NCBI GenBank assembly: GCA_951406725.2
Contig: OX597817.1
Coordinates: 161,944,001-162,008,000, forward strand
Direction: 5' to 3'
DNA from: Octopus vulgaris
Lineage: Eukaryota
DNA: 64,000 nt
The position numbers were made by a program, and so were the translations under genes. Below, in pieces: positions 1 through 11,709 of the stretch; the first letter of the stretch is position 1; the number at the start of each line of letters is the position of its first letter. The notes below the pieces were generated by a model that had not been told where the DNA came from, ran no database searches, and was given only the letters and a program-made list of their open reading frames with translations.

Positions 1-30
1 CTCATATCAAGATAAACAGCACATGACCTT
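1..30 (-). mobile_element. Fragment (cut by the window edge) of the (TAA)n-associated non-autonomous element seen at 28545-29110
   Basis: ctcatatcaagataaacagcacatgacctt closely matches cttatatcaagataagcaacacatgacctt at ~28687-28716 and abuts a (TTA)n tract. Confidence 0.6.
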
Positions 31-59
31 ATTATTATTATTATTATTATTATAATTAC

Positions 60-104
<45 letters not shown>

Positions 105-107
105 CAC

Positions 108-160
<53 letters not shown>
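29..160. repeat. (TTA)n microsatellite
   Basis: Seen directly. Confidence 0.98.
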
Positions 161-161
<1 letters not shown>

Positions 162-860
162 GGGTGGAGATGCAGCAGCCTCAGCACATGCCTGTGGATC
201 AGCAACCGCTGCATGCCTGGCCCTCCATTCAGCGGCTGTTGACAGTGGATGGACCGCCTGTCAAGAGGAACATGCCCCTTCCACAGAACGTGAAAGTGTA
301 TACTCTCTAACTTGTTTAGGCATGACTCGTGACAAGGCATGATGGTCAGACGGTAGTAGATGACTGATGTGATGTACGTATTTGCCACCTCTGCCCAACC
401 TTTAAGGGACAGTTTCCTCTCAGCCTATTTCTGAGTGAGTAGCTTAACAAGTCCATCTGTCCAGCACCCAATGACACTGTTGGATGGCATTAGACCTGCC
501 TTTCCAGGTACCGAGTTGCAGGCCTACTGATCTGTCCGGGTTAATCTTCGCTCCTATCACTACTTCATATTCCCTTAGAGCAGTGCTGATTGCCTCAATG
601 TGTGTGACGTCCGACAGGGCCATGGTGACGTTGTCTGCATATGCCGACATGCTTCTCTTGCAACCTAGCTTTTGCAGAAAACTGCTCAACGCCTCCGTTT
701 TCTGTAGAGTGGCTCCTTAAGCTCAACACATACAGAAGAGGCGAGAGAGGGTAACCTTGGTGGACAGGGCGCAAAATATTAAATGATTCTGATAGTTAGC
801 CACCGAGGAGATGCCGCCATAAATTGTCGAGATCCGGCTCCTAAAAACCGGCCCAAACCC
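160..860 (-). mobile_element. Decayed Tx1/L1-like non-LTR retrotransposon, reverse transcriptase fragment
   Basis: Minus-strand translations RPVHQGYPLSPLLYVLS (RT QGxPLSP motif), SAYADNVT (YADD-like) and YEVVIGAKINPDRS, with stops and frameshifts. Confidence 0.8.
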
Positions 861-927
861 CTCCATTTCTGATTTGTATTTGTGTCCCTGTGTGTTCTAT
901 GTAAGGTTATGTAGCCAATAAAGAAAA

Positions 928-967
<40 letters not shown>

Positions 968-970
<3 letters not shown>

Positions 971-1471
971 TAGTTTTATTTTTATAGCGTGCTTTCACTT
1001 CACTACCGAGCGCAGCTCTGTGTGCCTTGGGTATGTGCTGTGATTTGTTGTGATGCTCTGATGGTTATTGTATGGAAAGTGTTCTGCGTAGGATGTGTGC
1101 AGTGCCTAGTAGTGTAATTTTCTGTATGTTATATGTGTTTGTAAGTCCTGGTGTTTTTGTTATGTATTTGTCTGAATATTTTTTTATCATGCCTAATGCA
1201 CCTACTATGATAGGAATTGTTTCTGTTTTCAGGTTCCACATTCTAGTTACCTCTATTTCCAGGTCTTTGTATTTTGAGAGTTTCTCCATTTCTTTTAGAG
1301 ACACGTTGTCATCTGCCGGTATTGATACATCAATTAGGAAGCATTTTTTTCTTCATGATCTCTGACAACTATATCTGGTCTGTTGGCCTTAATTTCTCTA
1401 TCTGTGTGTATCGGCATATCCCAGAGTATGGTTGCTTTCTCGTTTTCTGTGACCTTTTCTGGTGTGTGCCT
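968..1471 (-). mobile_element. 5'-truncated Dong/R4-like non-LTR retrotransposon 3' end (REL endonuclease domain plus 3' UTR)
   Basis: ORFs 1334-1573 and 1065-1304 join across a frameshift: ILWDMPIHTDREIKANRPDIVV..LIDVSIP..EKLSKYKDL..IPIIVGALG (PD..D/ExK REL signature). (TAA)n tracts on both sides. Confidence 0.85.
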
Positions 1472-1508
1472 ATAATTATTATTATTATTATTATTATTAA
1501 TATTATTA

Positions 1509-1721
1509 TGGCAGCGAGCTCGCAGAATTGTTAGCATGCCGGGCAAAATGCTTAGCAGTATTTCGTCTGTCACTATGTTCTAAGTCCAAATTCCACCGAG
1601 GTCAACTTTGCCTTTCATCCTTCCAGGGTTGACTAAATAAGTACCAGTCAAGTACTGAGGTCAATGTAATCGACTAAATACCTTCCCCCAAATTTGAAGC
1701 CTTGTGCTTCCAGTAGACAGG

Positions 1722-1722
<1 letters not shown>
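1509..1722 (+). mobile_element. SINE A, tail variant A2
   Basis: tRNA-like head, gcctttcatcc...aataagtaccag body, ccttcccccaaatttg tail ending in (ATT)n. Confidence 0.8.
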
Positions 1723-1793
<71 letters not shown>

Positions 1794-1794
1794 T
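1722..1794. repeat. (TTA)n microsatellite
   Basis: Seen directly. Confidence 0.97.
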
Positions 1795-1924
1795 TAACAA
1801 CACTGGGCAAAATACTAAGTGGTATTTCATTTGTTTTTATGTTCTGAGTTCAAATTCTGCCAAGGTCGACTTTGCCTTTCATCCTTTTGGATACACACAA
1901 ACTATAATACTAACCACATATTTT

Positions 1925-2175
1925 TTATCCTTTATTCTTTTACTTGTTTCAGTTATTTGACTGTGGCCATGATGGAGCACCAATTTGGAAGGATTTAGTT
2001 GAACAAATCAATCCCAGGACTTATTTTTTTATATTTGAAGCCTAGTACCTATTCTATCAATATATTTTGCCAAACTGCTAAGTTACAGGGATGTAAACAC
2101 AGCAACACTGGTTGTCAAGCAGTGTTGAGGGTACGAACACAAACAGAAAGATACACACGCATACAAACATATATG
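1925..2175 (-). mobile_element. SINE B, 3' half
   Basis: cttttacttgtttcag..gactgtggccatg..ggagcacc tail shared with other SINE B copies. Confidence 0.8.
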
Positions 2176-2569
2176 TGTATATATATATATATGAATATAT
2201 ATATATGTATACATATATATATTTATAGATTTCCATGTATATCTATGTATTTGTAAATTCTTAGAAATTTTATATATTATATAGATGAGTGCATCTATGT
2301 ATGTTGTATACCACAGAGAATTTCGTTAATATGGATTGAATGAATATATATATCGACCTTTGAATTTGTCTTCTCTCTTCTTAATTTTATATTTCTGAAG
2401 CTCTATCAAAGCGCTAATTGGTTGAGCTGTATAAAGTGGATATCTATATCACTAATTTCTTCATTGTTATATATATATATATATATTGCTGTGTATGCGT
2501 TTTAATTCTGACCCAACCCAGTACTTTCCAATTTAAGTGTTTTATTCACCTGAATCATAATATATTAAT

Positions 2570-2694
2570 ATACATATATGTATGCATGTATGTATGTATG
2601 TATGTATGTATGTATGTATGTATGTATGTATGTATGTATGTATGTATGTATGTATGCATATGCATGTATATATACATGCATATGTATGTGTATG

Positions 2695-2745
<51 letters not shown>
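2570..2745. repeat. Compound (TATG)n/(TA)n/(TG)n microsatellite
   Basis: Seen directly. Confidence 0.95.
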
Positions 2746-2748
<3 letters not shown>

Positions 2749-3079
2749 GGCACATGGCTCAATGGTTAGAGTGTCGAGCTTGTGATCGCGAGGTTGTGAG
2801 TTCGAATCCCGGACCGGGCTGCATGTTGTGTTCTTGAGCAAGACACTTTATTTCACGTTGCTCCAGTTCACTCAGCTGTAGAAACAAGTTGCGACGTCAC
2901 GGGTGCCAAGCTGTATCGGCCTTTGCCTTTCCCTTGGATAACACTGGTGGCATGGAGAAGGGAGGCCGGTATGCATGGGCGACTGCTGGTCTTCCATAAA
3001 CAACCTTGCTCGGACTTGTGCCTGGGAGGGTAACTCTCTAAGTGCAATCCCATGGTCAGTCATGACTGAAGGGGATCTC
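2746..3079 (+). mobile_element. SINE C, near full length
   Basis: A box TGGCTCAATGG, B box GAGTTCGAATCC, central tgtgttcttgagcaagacacttt..cagctgta domain; head shared with 22512 and 24629. Confidence 0.85.
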
Positions 3080-3091
3080 AGCATATATATC

Positions 3092-3361
3092 CTCATCATC
3101 ATCATCATCATTTAACGTCCGCTTTCCATGCTAGCATGGGTTGGACGGTTCAACTGGGGTCTGGGGAGCCCGAAAGCTGCACCAGTCCAGTCAGATCTGG
3201 CAGTGTTTCTACAGCTGGATGCCCTTCCTAACGCCAACCACTCCGAGAGTGTAGTGGGTGATTTTATGTGCCACCGACACAGGTGCCAGACGAGGCTGGC
3301 AAACGGCCACGCTCGGATGGTGTTTTTTATGTGCCACCGACACAGGTGCCAGACGAGGCTG
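3092..3361 (-). mobile_element. SINE E 3' part (RTE-type tail ending in (GAT)n) with a ~66-bp internal tandem duplication
   Basis: ttaggaagggcatccagctgtagaaac and catgctagcatggaaagcggacgttaaa motifs shared with 7127, 12438 and 16889; tttatgtgccaccgacacaggtgccagacgaggctg occurs twice. Confidence 0.8.
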
Positions 3362-3379
3362 ATATATACATATATCATG

Positions 3380-3417
<38 letters not shown>

Positions 3418-3677
3418 TATACATATGTATATGAGTGGAAGCAATATTACCAATAATGGCTGAAATTGTGTTTGACCCTCTGGCCGATAACTGATGAAGA
3501 ATTGGTGACCTTCTGTATTTTCTGTCTGACTGTGTTTTCAGTATATGTTTGTTTATTTATTTACTACATTTTTTTTTTTATTATATATATAGGTATGTCA
3601 TATTATCTGTTTGTTGTCTTTTTATTTAACCCTGAAAATATTATTCATGTAACGCACTCACTCGTTAATTTTTTTAC

Positions 3678-4318
3678 CTATGTATGTATGTATGTATGTA
3701 TGTATGTATGTATGTATGTATGTGTGTATGAGTGTATGTATGTATGTATGTGTATGTATGTATGAGTGTATGTATGTATGTATGTATGTATGTATGTGTG
3801 TATGTATGTATGTATGTATGTATGTGTGTGTATGAGTGTATGTATGTATGTGTGTGTATGAGTGTATGTATGTATGTATGTATGTATGTGTGTATGTATG
3901 TATGTATGTATGTGTGTATATGAGTGTATGTATGTATGTGTGTGTGTATGTATGTATGTATGTATGTGTGTGTGTATGTGTGTATGTGTGTATGAGTGTA
4001 TGTATGTGTATGTATGTATGTGTGTATGTGTGTATGAGTGTATGTAAGTATGTATGTATGTGTGTATGTGTGTATGTGTGTATGAGTGTATGTATGTATG
4101 TATGTGTGTGTGTATGTGTGTATGTATGTATGTATGTGTGTATGTGTGTATGAGTGTATGTATGTATGTATGTATGTATGTATGTGTGTATGAGTGTATG
4201 TATGTATGTATGTATGTGTGTATGTATCTGTGTATGTGTGTATGTATGTATGTATGTATGTATGTATGTGTGTACGTGTGTATGAGTGTATGTATGTATG
4301 AATGAATGAATGAATGCA
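3678..4318. repeat. Long compound (TATG)n/(TG)n microsatellite
   Basis: Seen directly; abuts a SINE B 5' half. Confidence 0.97.
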
Positions 4319-4473
4319 ATGGACTTCTTTCAGTTTCTGTCTTCCGAATCCACTCACAAGGCTTTGGTCAACCCAAGGCTATAGTAGAAAACACTGCTAA
4401 GGTGCCACATTGTGGGATTGAACCTGGAACCATGTGGTTGAGAAGCAAGCTTCTTACCACACAACCACACCTG
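4319..4473 (-). mobile_element. SINE B, 5' half
   Basis: cttctttcagtttc..aatccactcacaaggctttgg..gggattgaacc head. Confidence 0.85.
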
Positions 4474-4747
4474 AGCATATGTAGATATAATAGTTACTAG
4501 TGTAAAACACATTCAAATACCAATTACATCATAGGTATAATAAATTAGTAGATATATTAAATTAGTGTTAAATACAGACTAATATGACAACACATGTAGT
4601 AGGTATAAGTAATACAAAATACAATCAAATTTTGACCACAAATGCTGGTGTAATAGTTAGAAGTGTAAAATAGAGTGTTAACCAGAAGTGAAATATGTGC
4701 ATCTGTAGATGAATGCATGTGTATGTATGCATGTGTGTATGTATGTA

Positions 4748-4813
4748 AATGATGATGATGATGATGATGATGATGACGATGACAATGACGATGACGACGA
4801 CGATGACGATGAC

Positions 4814-4847
<34 letters not shown>

Positions 4848-4942
4848 GTGATGATGATGGTGATGATGGTGGTGATGATGGTGGTGGTGGTGGTGGTGGT
4901 GGTAGTGATGATGATGATGATGAGGAGGAGGAGGAAGAGGAT
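4748..4942. repeat. (GAT)n/(GAC)n/(GGT)n/(GAG)n trinucleotide array
   Basis: Seen directly. Confidence 0.95.
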
Positions 4943-4944
4943 AA

Positions 4945-5092
4945 CAAGGTCGACTTTGCCTTTCATCCTTTTGGGTGTCGATTAAATGAGTACCAGATAT
5001 GCACTGGGGTTGATGTAATCGGCTTAATCCCTTTTTCTGTCTTTGTTTGTCCCCTCTATGTTTAGCCCCTTGTGGGCAATAAAGAAAGAAAT
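4945..5092 (+). mobile_element. SINE A (A1 tail), 5'-truncated
   Basis: ggtcgactttgcctttcatcc..tttagccccttgtgggcaataaagaaa. Confidence 0.85.
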
Positions 5093-5149
5093 ATGTTTGA
5101 ACTTAACTTTTGGAATAAAATAGAACTAAAAATAAATAACTTCTATTTT

Positions 5150-5566
5150 TTTTTTATTTATAACCTGTTTCAGTCATTAGACTACAGCCATGCTGGAGCA
5201 CCACCTTGAGAGATTTTAGTTGAATGAGTCAACCCCAATGCTTAATTTTTTTCTTTTTTTTTTGTTAAGCCTGGTACTTATTCTATCGGTCTCTTTTGCC
5301 AAACTGCTGAGTCACAGGGATGTGAACACACCAATATTGGTTGTCATGCAGTGGTGGGGGACAAACACAGACACAAAGATACAGACACACACACACACAC
5401 ACACATATATATATGTATACACCACAGGCTTCTTCCAGTTTCCAAAGCTTTTGTTGGTCCAAGGCTATAGTAGAAGACACTTGCCCAAAGTGTCACATAG
5501 TGGGACTGAACCCGGAACCTTGCAGTTGGTAAGCAAGCTTCTTACCACACAGCCATGCCTGTGCCT
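5150..5566 (-). mobile_element. SINE B, near full length
   Basis: Head, internal microsatellite and tail all present. Confidence 0.85.
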
Positions 5567-6569
5567 ATGCACATAAATTTTCACTAAATTGTACGCACAC
5601 ATTTATGTGAAGACCCACATACACTTATACAAACACACACTCATGCATATACACAAACGCACACACACACACACACACAAATACATATGGATGCACAGAT
5701 ATATACACAGATCCATATCGTACTAATTATATTCAGGTGTACACAGAAGGGTGTGTTAACAACATAAAATTCACTCAACCTGAACATCACATCTGAGGCA
5801 ACAGATGTAACAGTCATGTGCACACATATATAATTCATGCATATTAGACATCCCGCCCTTGCCCCCCACCCCTCTTCATCCAATCCTGACAGCCAGCAGA
5901 CAGACATAGAATGTTGCTTAATTTAATTAATCTGCCCCTCTTTTTCTTTCTTTTTTTTCTTGTTTTCATCTTTGTTGAATGGTTTTTAGTTTGTTGTAAG
6001 CAGCTACAATTGCCTGTATGTGATGTGCAACTGCTAACACTTTCATGAGCCAGGGAGGAAGAGCCTATGATGTCACTCAACAAATATAGCAGTCAAATTT
6101 CTGCTAACAAATGCCTTACTGTCTTTACAAAAAAAAAAAAAAAAAAAAAAAATCATGGGGGGTGGGGATCAGAGGATCATATGAGCTAGTAAAGCAGCTT
6201 CTATCTCATTGTTTGACCTACTCAACATAACAGTCAAATACCCCTTCTCCCTCCTTCTCCTAGCAAACTTGTCGCTGTCTTAAAGTACAGAAGTACAGAC
6301 AATGAGCCAGAAAGAAAGCTATTATGTACTTATTCAACCTCATTAATATAACAGGCATTTCTCCTGCCGCAGCAACCCCGCCTATTTTATTGCAGTTAAA
6401 ATTGGGCTGCAAAAGAACCTGCAAGATAGCTTTTTTATAGTTATATGCAGAGTCTCAGGGGAAAAATTTGACAAAGCAGAATAGAAGCATTTTGGAACTT
6501 CTTTCATTTTATAATTCACAGGTACTGAAGGATTTTTTGTTTTGTTTTTTTTTTTCTTTCCTTTTAAGG

Positions 6570-7060
6570 AGAGTTCCAGTGTCCCCAAAGTCCATCCCCT
6601 CCTCACCATGGTGAGGACACTGGCAATGGGTAGTGTCAGAGCTATGCTGTCGGGAACTTCAGTTCCAGGTAGGGCCACCCAAGGTGGATTGGTCTGACAC
6701 AGAGTGGTATTAGGGCCACAACCCGGCAGACGGGGCTCTGGTGAAAATCCTCAGAGTGTCTGTTTTGGCAACCAGCGGCTCCTCGGTCGTTCTGTCCCTG
6801 CGTCTGCAGACAATCTGCAGCAAACAGGATGTCTCGACATGCGGGATTGTTGGGGTCCGCTTGTGAAATCCACATATTCCCACGAAACTTCTTCGATGCC
6901 TCGAGGGTGGTAGAAGGAGCCAACTCAACCCGCCCCGGGGTGAATGTCGCCACAAGTACAAGTAAGTAAGAGTTCCAGCAGATAGTCACAGGCTCTTAGT
7001 TGACTCTCCAAGCTCAAAAGAATCTTCTGAGTGAACCCCAACCTTAGAGGTCTTGCCTAT
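6570..7060 (+). mobile_element. GC-rich island resembling an RTE-clade LINE 5' UTR
   Basis: gagctatgctgtcgggaac..ggtagggccaccca resembles my recollection of RTE 5' leaders; no ORF follows. Not verified by search. Confidence 0.4.
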
Positions 7061-7109
7061 ATGTTCTATTTCATATAGTAACTGCTATACCTCTCCTAAC
7101 AAGCTTTAA

Positions 7110-7487
7110 CCCTTTATCATTCAGATTTGGCATTAGGAAGGGCATCCAGTTGTAGAAACTCTGCCAGATCAAGATTGGAGCCTGGTGCAGCCATCTGGTT
7201 CGCCAGACCTCAGTCAAATCATCCAACCCATGCTAGCATGGAAAGCGGACGTTAAACAAGGATGATGATGATGATGATGATGATTTCTCTGTCTAATGTA
7301 ATGCCTATTTATTGATATTGTTTTGAATTTTCCATACATTAACTTGTAGCTTTGAGATTTCAATGATGTGATGATTTATCTTTAGAGTGACCTTGTAGGG
7401 TAGGTGTGAGAGGCCTGATCAGGTCAATTTGAACATAAAACAAGTAGAATATTTGGGCTTGATATGACTGGTTTAAATGCTAAAGGG
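7110..7487. mobile_element. piggyBac-like MITE containing a SINE E insertion
   Basis: TTAA|CCCTTTATCATT...AATGCTAAAGGG|TCAA termini; partial second copy at ~50955-51087. Confidence 0.75.
7127..7283 (+). mobile_element. SINE E 3' part nested in the MITE
   Basis: ggcattaggaagggcatccag...ggacgttaaac followed by (GAT)n. Confidence 0.85.
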
Positions 7488-7785
7488 TCAAATTAAGGGC
7501 CATATGAAACAATGGGAAAGCATCTAGATAAAGGCTTAACTTGCCCAATATAACAAAATTTTATTCTGTCTCTAAAATGGTGACAACATGAACCAGTGAA
7601 TTCTTTCTTTGTCTTTCTGACTTTATCTTTTACTTGTTTCATTCTGTTGCATAATTGGTACTTATTTAGTCGACCCATAAAAATGCATAACTGGTACATA
7701 TATTGGTACAGTGCATAACTGATACTAATTTAATCGATCCCCAAAAGGATGAAAGGCGAAGTCGACCTAGTCCTCCTCCTCCTCC

Positions 7786-7836
<51 letters not shown>

Positions 7837-7947
7837 ACATCACCACCACCACCACCACCACAAACTGTACTGTGGTCAGCACCTGTTCAAGCACTGTTCT
7901 TCTATATATCGCTGGTGAGGAGATGAGTCCTGGCTATCTCTAGCAGT

Positions 7948-8013
7948 TCAGTGTCCATCATTGATGAGACAAAGGAAGATTGAAATCACATGATCTGGTA
8001 GTCTTGACACTGG
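7948..8013 (+). ncRNA. Putative type I hammerhead ribozyme, unit 1
   Basis: Stem I (cagtgtc-catca / tggtag..gacactg), core TTGATGA 7961-7967, short stem II, GAAA 7982-7985, stem III ATCACATGAT, AUC site at 7993-7995. Confidence 0.55.
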
Positions 8014-8077
8014 AGGATTTATCTCCCAGCTAGTGATATAAATAATGAGGAGATGAGTCCTGGCTATCTCTAGTGGT

Positions 8078-8143
8078 TCAGTGTCCATCATTGATGAGAC
8101 AAAGGAAGATTGAAATCACGTGATCTGGTAGTCTTGACACTGG
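8078..8143 (+). ncRNA. Putative type I hammerhead ribozyme, unit 2
   Basis: Same layout; stem III is the perfect palindrome ATCACGTGAT (8115-8124), with predicted cleavage after C8125. Confidence 0.6.
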
Positions 8144-8381
8144 AGGATTTATCTCCAAGCTAGCGATATAAACAATGGTGCATTTTGCACCAAAAGCCAA
8201 TATGAGAGTTTCTCTCATGGTATCTGCTACAGTAAAGTTAGTTCTAAGAGAACATCTATATTTAAGTGGAGATAAATATTACCTTCTGTGTTAATACTGT
8301 CTCTGCCACTAATACATATCTTTTAACAAACACAATTTATTGTTATAAACCAAAGTATGAAAGACTCTGGATATAGATTTA

Positions 8382-8902
8382 CCATAAATCCTCGAGTATA
8401 GTCCGCCCTTGAGTATAATACGCAAGGGATTTTTAAGGAGCTATACCTCTGAAAAACCTAAACCTTGTGTATAATACGCACCCCTTCTCTAACTTGAGTC
8501 AAGGAGGTCTATAGAATGTCCTTGGTTTGCAAAAATGTATACGGTGACGTCCTTTATTATTATTGTATATATAACATAGTGCAAACGTGTAGCTTTTTTG
8601 TGCATTTTGTTTGCAGAAAATAAAGAAATAACAGTAATAACAGTAATAACGTTTAATAAATGTTGCTTACTGCAAGTTATGGATGATTCTTTTATGACTT
8701 CATTGCTTTCAGGCTTAGCTTAAGGTATTTTCGCGCCCGACATCACAAAATGCATCTGAATAATCATTGCTGGACAGCAAATAGAGACTTGGGCATTGCT
8801 TAGAAAATATTTTTCATTTTTAACCTCGTATATAGTACGCACTAGAGATTTTGACCATTAAATTTTGGGGAAAAAATGCGGATTATACTCAAGGATTTAT
8901 GG
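8382..8902. mobile_element. pogo/Tigger-like MITE
   Basis: TA|CCATAAATCCTCGAGTATAGTCCGC ... GCGGATTATACTCAAGGATTTATGG|TA; second copy at 35580-36276. Confidence 0.88.
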
Positions 8903-9145
8903 TACTTCAGCATAGAGGACCATCATTGTAGACTTCCAGTTCCAGTAATAAGACATCTATTATAATAATACTCGTGTTTTTTTCTGTCACAACATATGAA
9001 TGAGAAAGGAAGAGGTGATAGATGACTAGGGAACGAAGGGGTGATTGCAAAATGGTAGTGGGATGGTGAACATTCAACGCTGAAAAGAAAAATCAAATAG
9101 TATTTCAATTCTGTGTGAGTATATGTGTGTATGCGTGTATATATA

Positions 9146-9575
9146 GGCGCAGGAGTGGCTGTGTGGTAAGTAGCTTGTTTACCAACCACATGGTTCCGGG
9201 TTCAGTCCCACTGCGTGGCACCTTGGGCAACTGTCTTCTACTATAGCCTTGGGCCAACCAAAGCCTTGTGAGTGGATTTGGTAGACGGAAACTGAAAGAA
9301 GCCCGTTGTATATATGTATGTATATATGTATGTGTGTGTATGTTTGTGTGTCTGTGTTTGTCCCCCTAGCATTGCTTGACAACCGATGCTGGTGTATTTA
9401 CATCCCCGTCACTTAGCAGTTCGGCAAAAGAGACTGATAGAATAAGTACTGGGCTTACAAAGAATAAGTCCCGGGGTCGAGTTGCTCGATTAAAGGCGGT
9501 GCACCAGCATGGCCGCAGTCAAAATGACTGAAACAAATAAAAAGAGAGAAAAGAGAGAAAAGAGAGAAAAGAGAG
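9146..9575 (+). mobile_element. SINE B, full length (tRNA-like head, CORE-like segment, internal microsatellite, AAAAGAG tail)
   Basis: A box TGGCTGTGTGG, B box GGTTCAGTCCC, ccttgggcaa segment, repeated aaaagagag tail. Confidence 0.92.
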
Positions 9576-9817
9576 ATATGTGCAAAGGAAATATGAGAAT
9601 GTTTGTATGTATGTTTCGATGATCGATGTCACATCTCAAAGGAGAATCACTAGATTAACATTAACAAGTGTATTAATTTGATTTACCATGCATATTCTAT
9701 TGGTTTTGTTAAAGATACTTACACAAACATATACCTATACAAACTAATTAGAGAAAAAAATTATTACCCGAGTGTATCAAGAATATAAAATGACTGCAGT
9801 TGAAAGATATTATTTTG

Positions 9818-10028
9818 TTCTTTTATTCTTTTATTCGTTTCAGTCACTTGACTGCAGCCATGCTGGAGCACCGCCTTTAGTTGAACTTATTCTTTGTAAG
9901 CCTAGTACTTATTCTATCGGTCCCTTTTGCCGAACCGCTAAGTTATGGGGACGTAAACACACCAGCATCAGTTGTCAAGCGATGTTGGGGGGACAAACAC
10001 AGACATGCAAACACTCAGACATATATAT

Positions 10029-10069
<41 letters not shown>

Positions 10070-10186
10070 GACGGGCTTCTTTCAGTTTCGATCTACCAAA
10101 TTCACTCACAAGATTTTGGTCGGCCTGAGGCTATAGTAGAAGACACTTGCCCAAGGTGCCATACAGTGGGACTGAACCCGGAACCT
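9818..10186 (-). mobile_element. SINE B, head truncated
   Basis: Matches the reverse complement of 9146-9575. Confidence 0.88.
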
Positions 10187-10941
10187 TATGGTTTATGGAA
10201 TAAAATCACCATTGGCTTCAACCATGGCCTCCAGATGACTTTGGAACCTCCTACCACTCTCCTGAACAGTATCCTTGTTTAAGTTGGTGAATGCTGTCAT
10301 AATCCTTGCCTTCTGTTCATCTTTGGTATTACAAAGAGTTTTGTTGGTCTCTTGCTCAACATAATAATCAAGGGGATTGCAGTTTAAGGAGTTAGGTGGC
10401 CAGATGTTAGGGGTAATGTGGTTGCAAAAATTGTCTGATAGCCATGACAGGGTTCTCCTGCTTGTGTGGCATGATGCATAATCCTATTGCCAGATATAGG
10501 GTCTTCCAGCAGCCACCCTCTTGTCCCAGCACTACCTCCTCCAAGCACATGATGAAGGCCTCTGTGTTGAGTCTGAGGCCGTATGGGAAAATGAATGGAG
10601 GCATAACGTCGCCATCACTAGTGATCACTCCAAACACTATGATGTTGACTGGATGTTTGATTTTTATCACTTTCTGTACATGTCCTCAGACTGAACTGCC
10701 CTCAGATTGGCACCCAAACACTCTGAAATGTTCATATTGGAGTTTCTGGCATGAATACCAAACAGTTCAGCATGTTGTTTCCAAATTTCTGGCAGAGTGA
10801 ATAGCGTCATGGTACTGTTTTTCTCCAAGATAGTGCCCAACTGACCCTACTATACTGTGTAGTCTACAAAATCAAAAACAAACAATGCTTATGTGCGAAA
10901 TTAAAAATATAAACTGATGTCCATTTACCTATCACACAATG
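10187..10941 (-). mobile_element. Decayed maT-like (DD37D) Tc1/mariner transposon, internally deleted
   Basis: KHPVNIIVFGVITSDGDVMPPFIF..WQ*DYASCHT..WPPNSLNCNPLDYY..VEANGDFI; 37 residues between the last two acidic positions; TIR-like end near 10941. Confidence 0.8.
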
Positions 10942-11048
10942 TATGTGTATGTTTATACATGTGTGTATGTGTGTGTGTGTGTAGATGAAATGTCAGTATT
11001 ATTTTCATTTTTGTGTAATTTAGAAAACAGTTTATTCAGTGCACCCTG

Positions 11049-11090
<42 letters not shown>

Positions 11091-11107
11091 AATATATAAA
11101 TACATAT

Positions 11108-11506
11108 ACTCTTTTACTCTTTTACTTGTTTCAGTCATTTGACTGTGGCCATGCTGGAGCACCACCTTTAGTTGAACAAATCAAACCCAGGATTTATTCT
11201 TTGTAAGCCTAGTACTTATTCTATCAGTCTCTTTTTGCCGAACCACTAGGTTATGGGGATGTAAACACACCAGCATCAGTTGTCAAGCAATGTTGCAGGG
11301 GACAAACACACACACACAAACATATACACATACATATACATATATATATTACACATATACGACGGGCTTCTTTCAGTTTCTGTCTACCAAATCCACCCAC
11401 AAGGCTTTGGTCGGCCCAAGGCTATAGTAGAAGACATTTGCCCAAGGTGCCACGCAGTGGGACTGAACCCGGAACCATGCGATTTGTAAGCAAGCTTCTT
11501 ACCACA
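11108..11506 (-). mobile_element. SINE B
   Basis: Family match. Confidence 0.9.
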
Positions 11507-11709
11507 TATATATAAAAATAATATTTATATTGTTCCTTTATGGTATCCCATTGCACCTAGCTGTTTATATTAATTTTTAAGTATGTATATATACTATATA
11601 CACACACACACATACATACACACACACATATACACATTTTCCTACAAACACATACATATATATTTATGTATGTATATATATATATATATATATATAAATA
11701 TATATAAAA

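Larger units (their letters stand above)
7916..8175 (+). repeat. 130-bp direct tandem repeat, 2 units
   Basis: 7916-8045 and 8046-8175 differ at only a few positions. Confidence 0.95.

Noticed and set aside
1509-1794. SINE A2 as partner of the Dong-like element
   Set aside because: Its tail is (ATT)n on the sense strand, opposite polarity to the (TAA)n flanking the Dong-like sense strand, and no shared 3' sequence was seen.
3491-3530. CTGATGA-AGAA..TTCT as a hammerhead
   Set aside because: GAAA box absent (GTAT) and no stem III.
4625-5065. Poly-Asp/Gly/Glu and poly-Ser ORFs
   Set aside because: Pure trinucleotide tracts running into a SINE; no splice or domain support.
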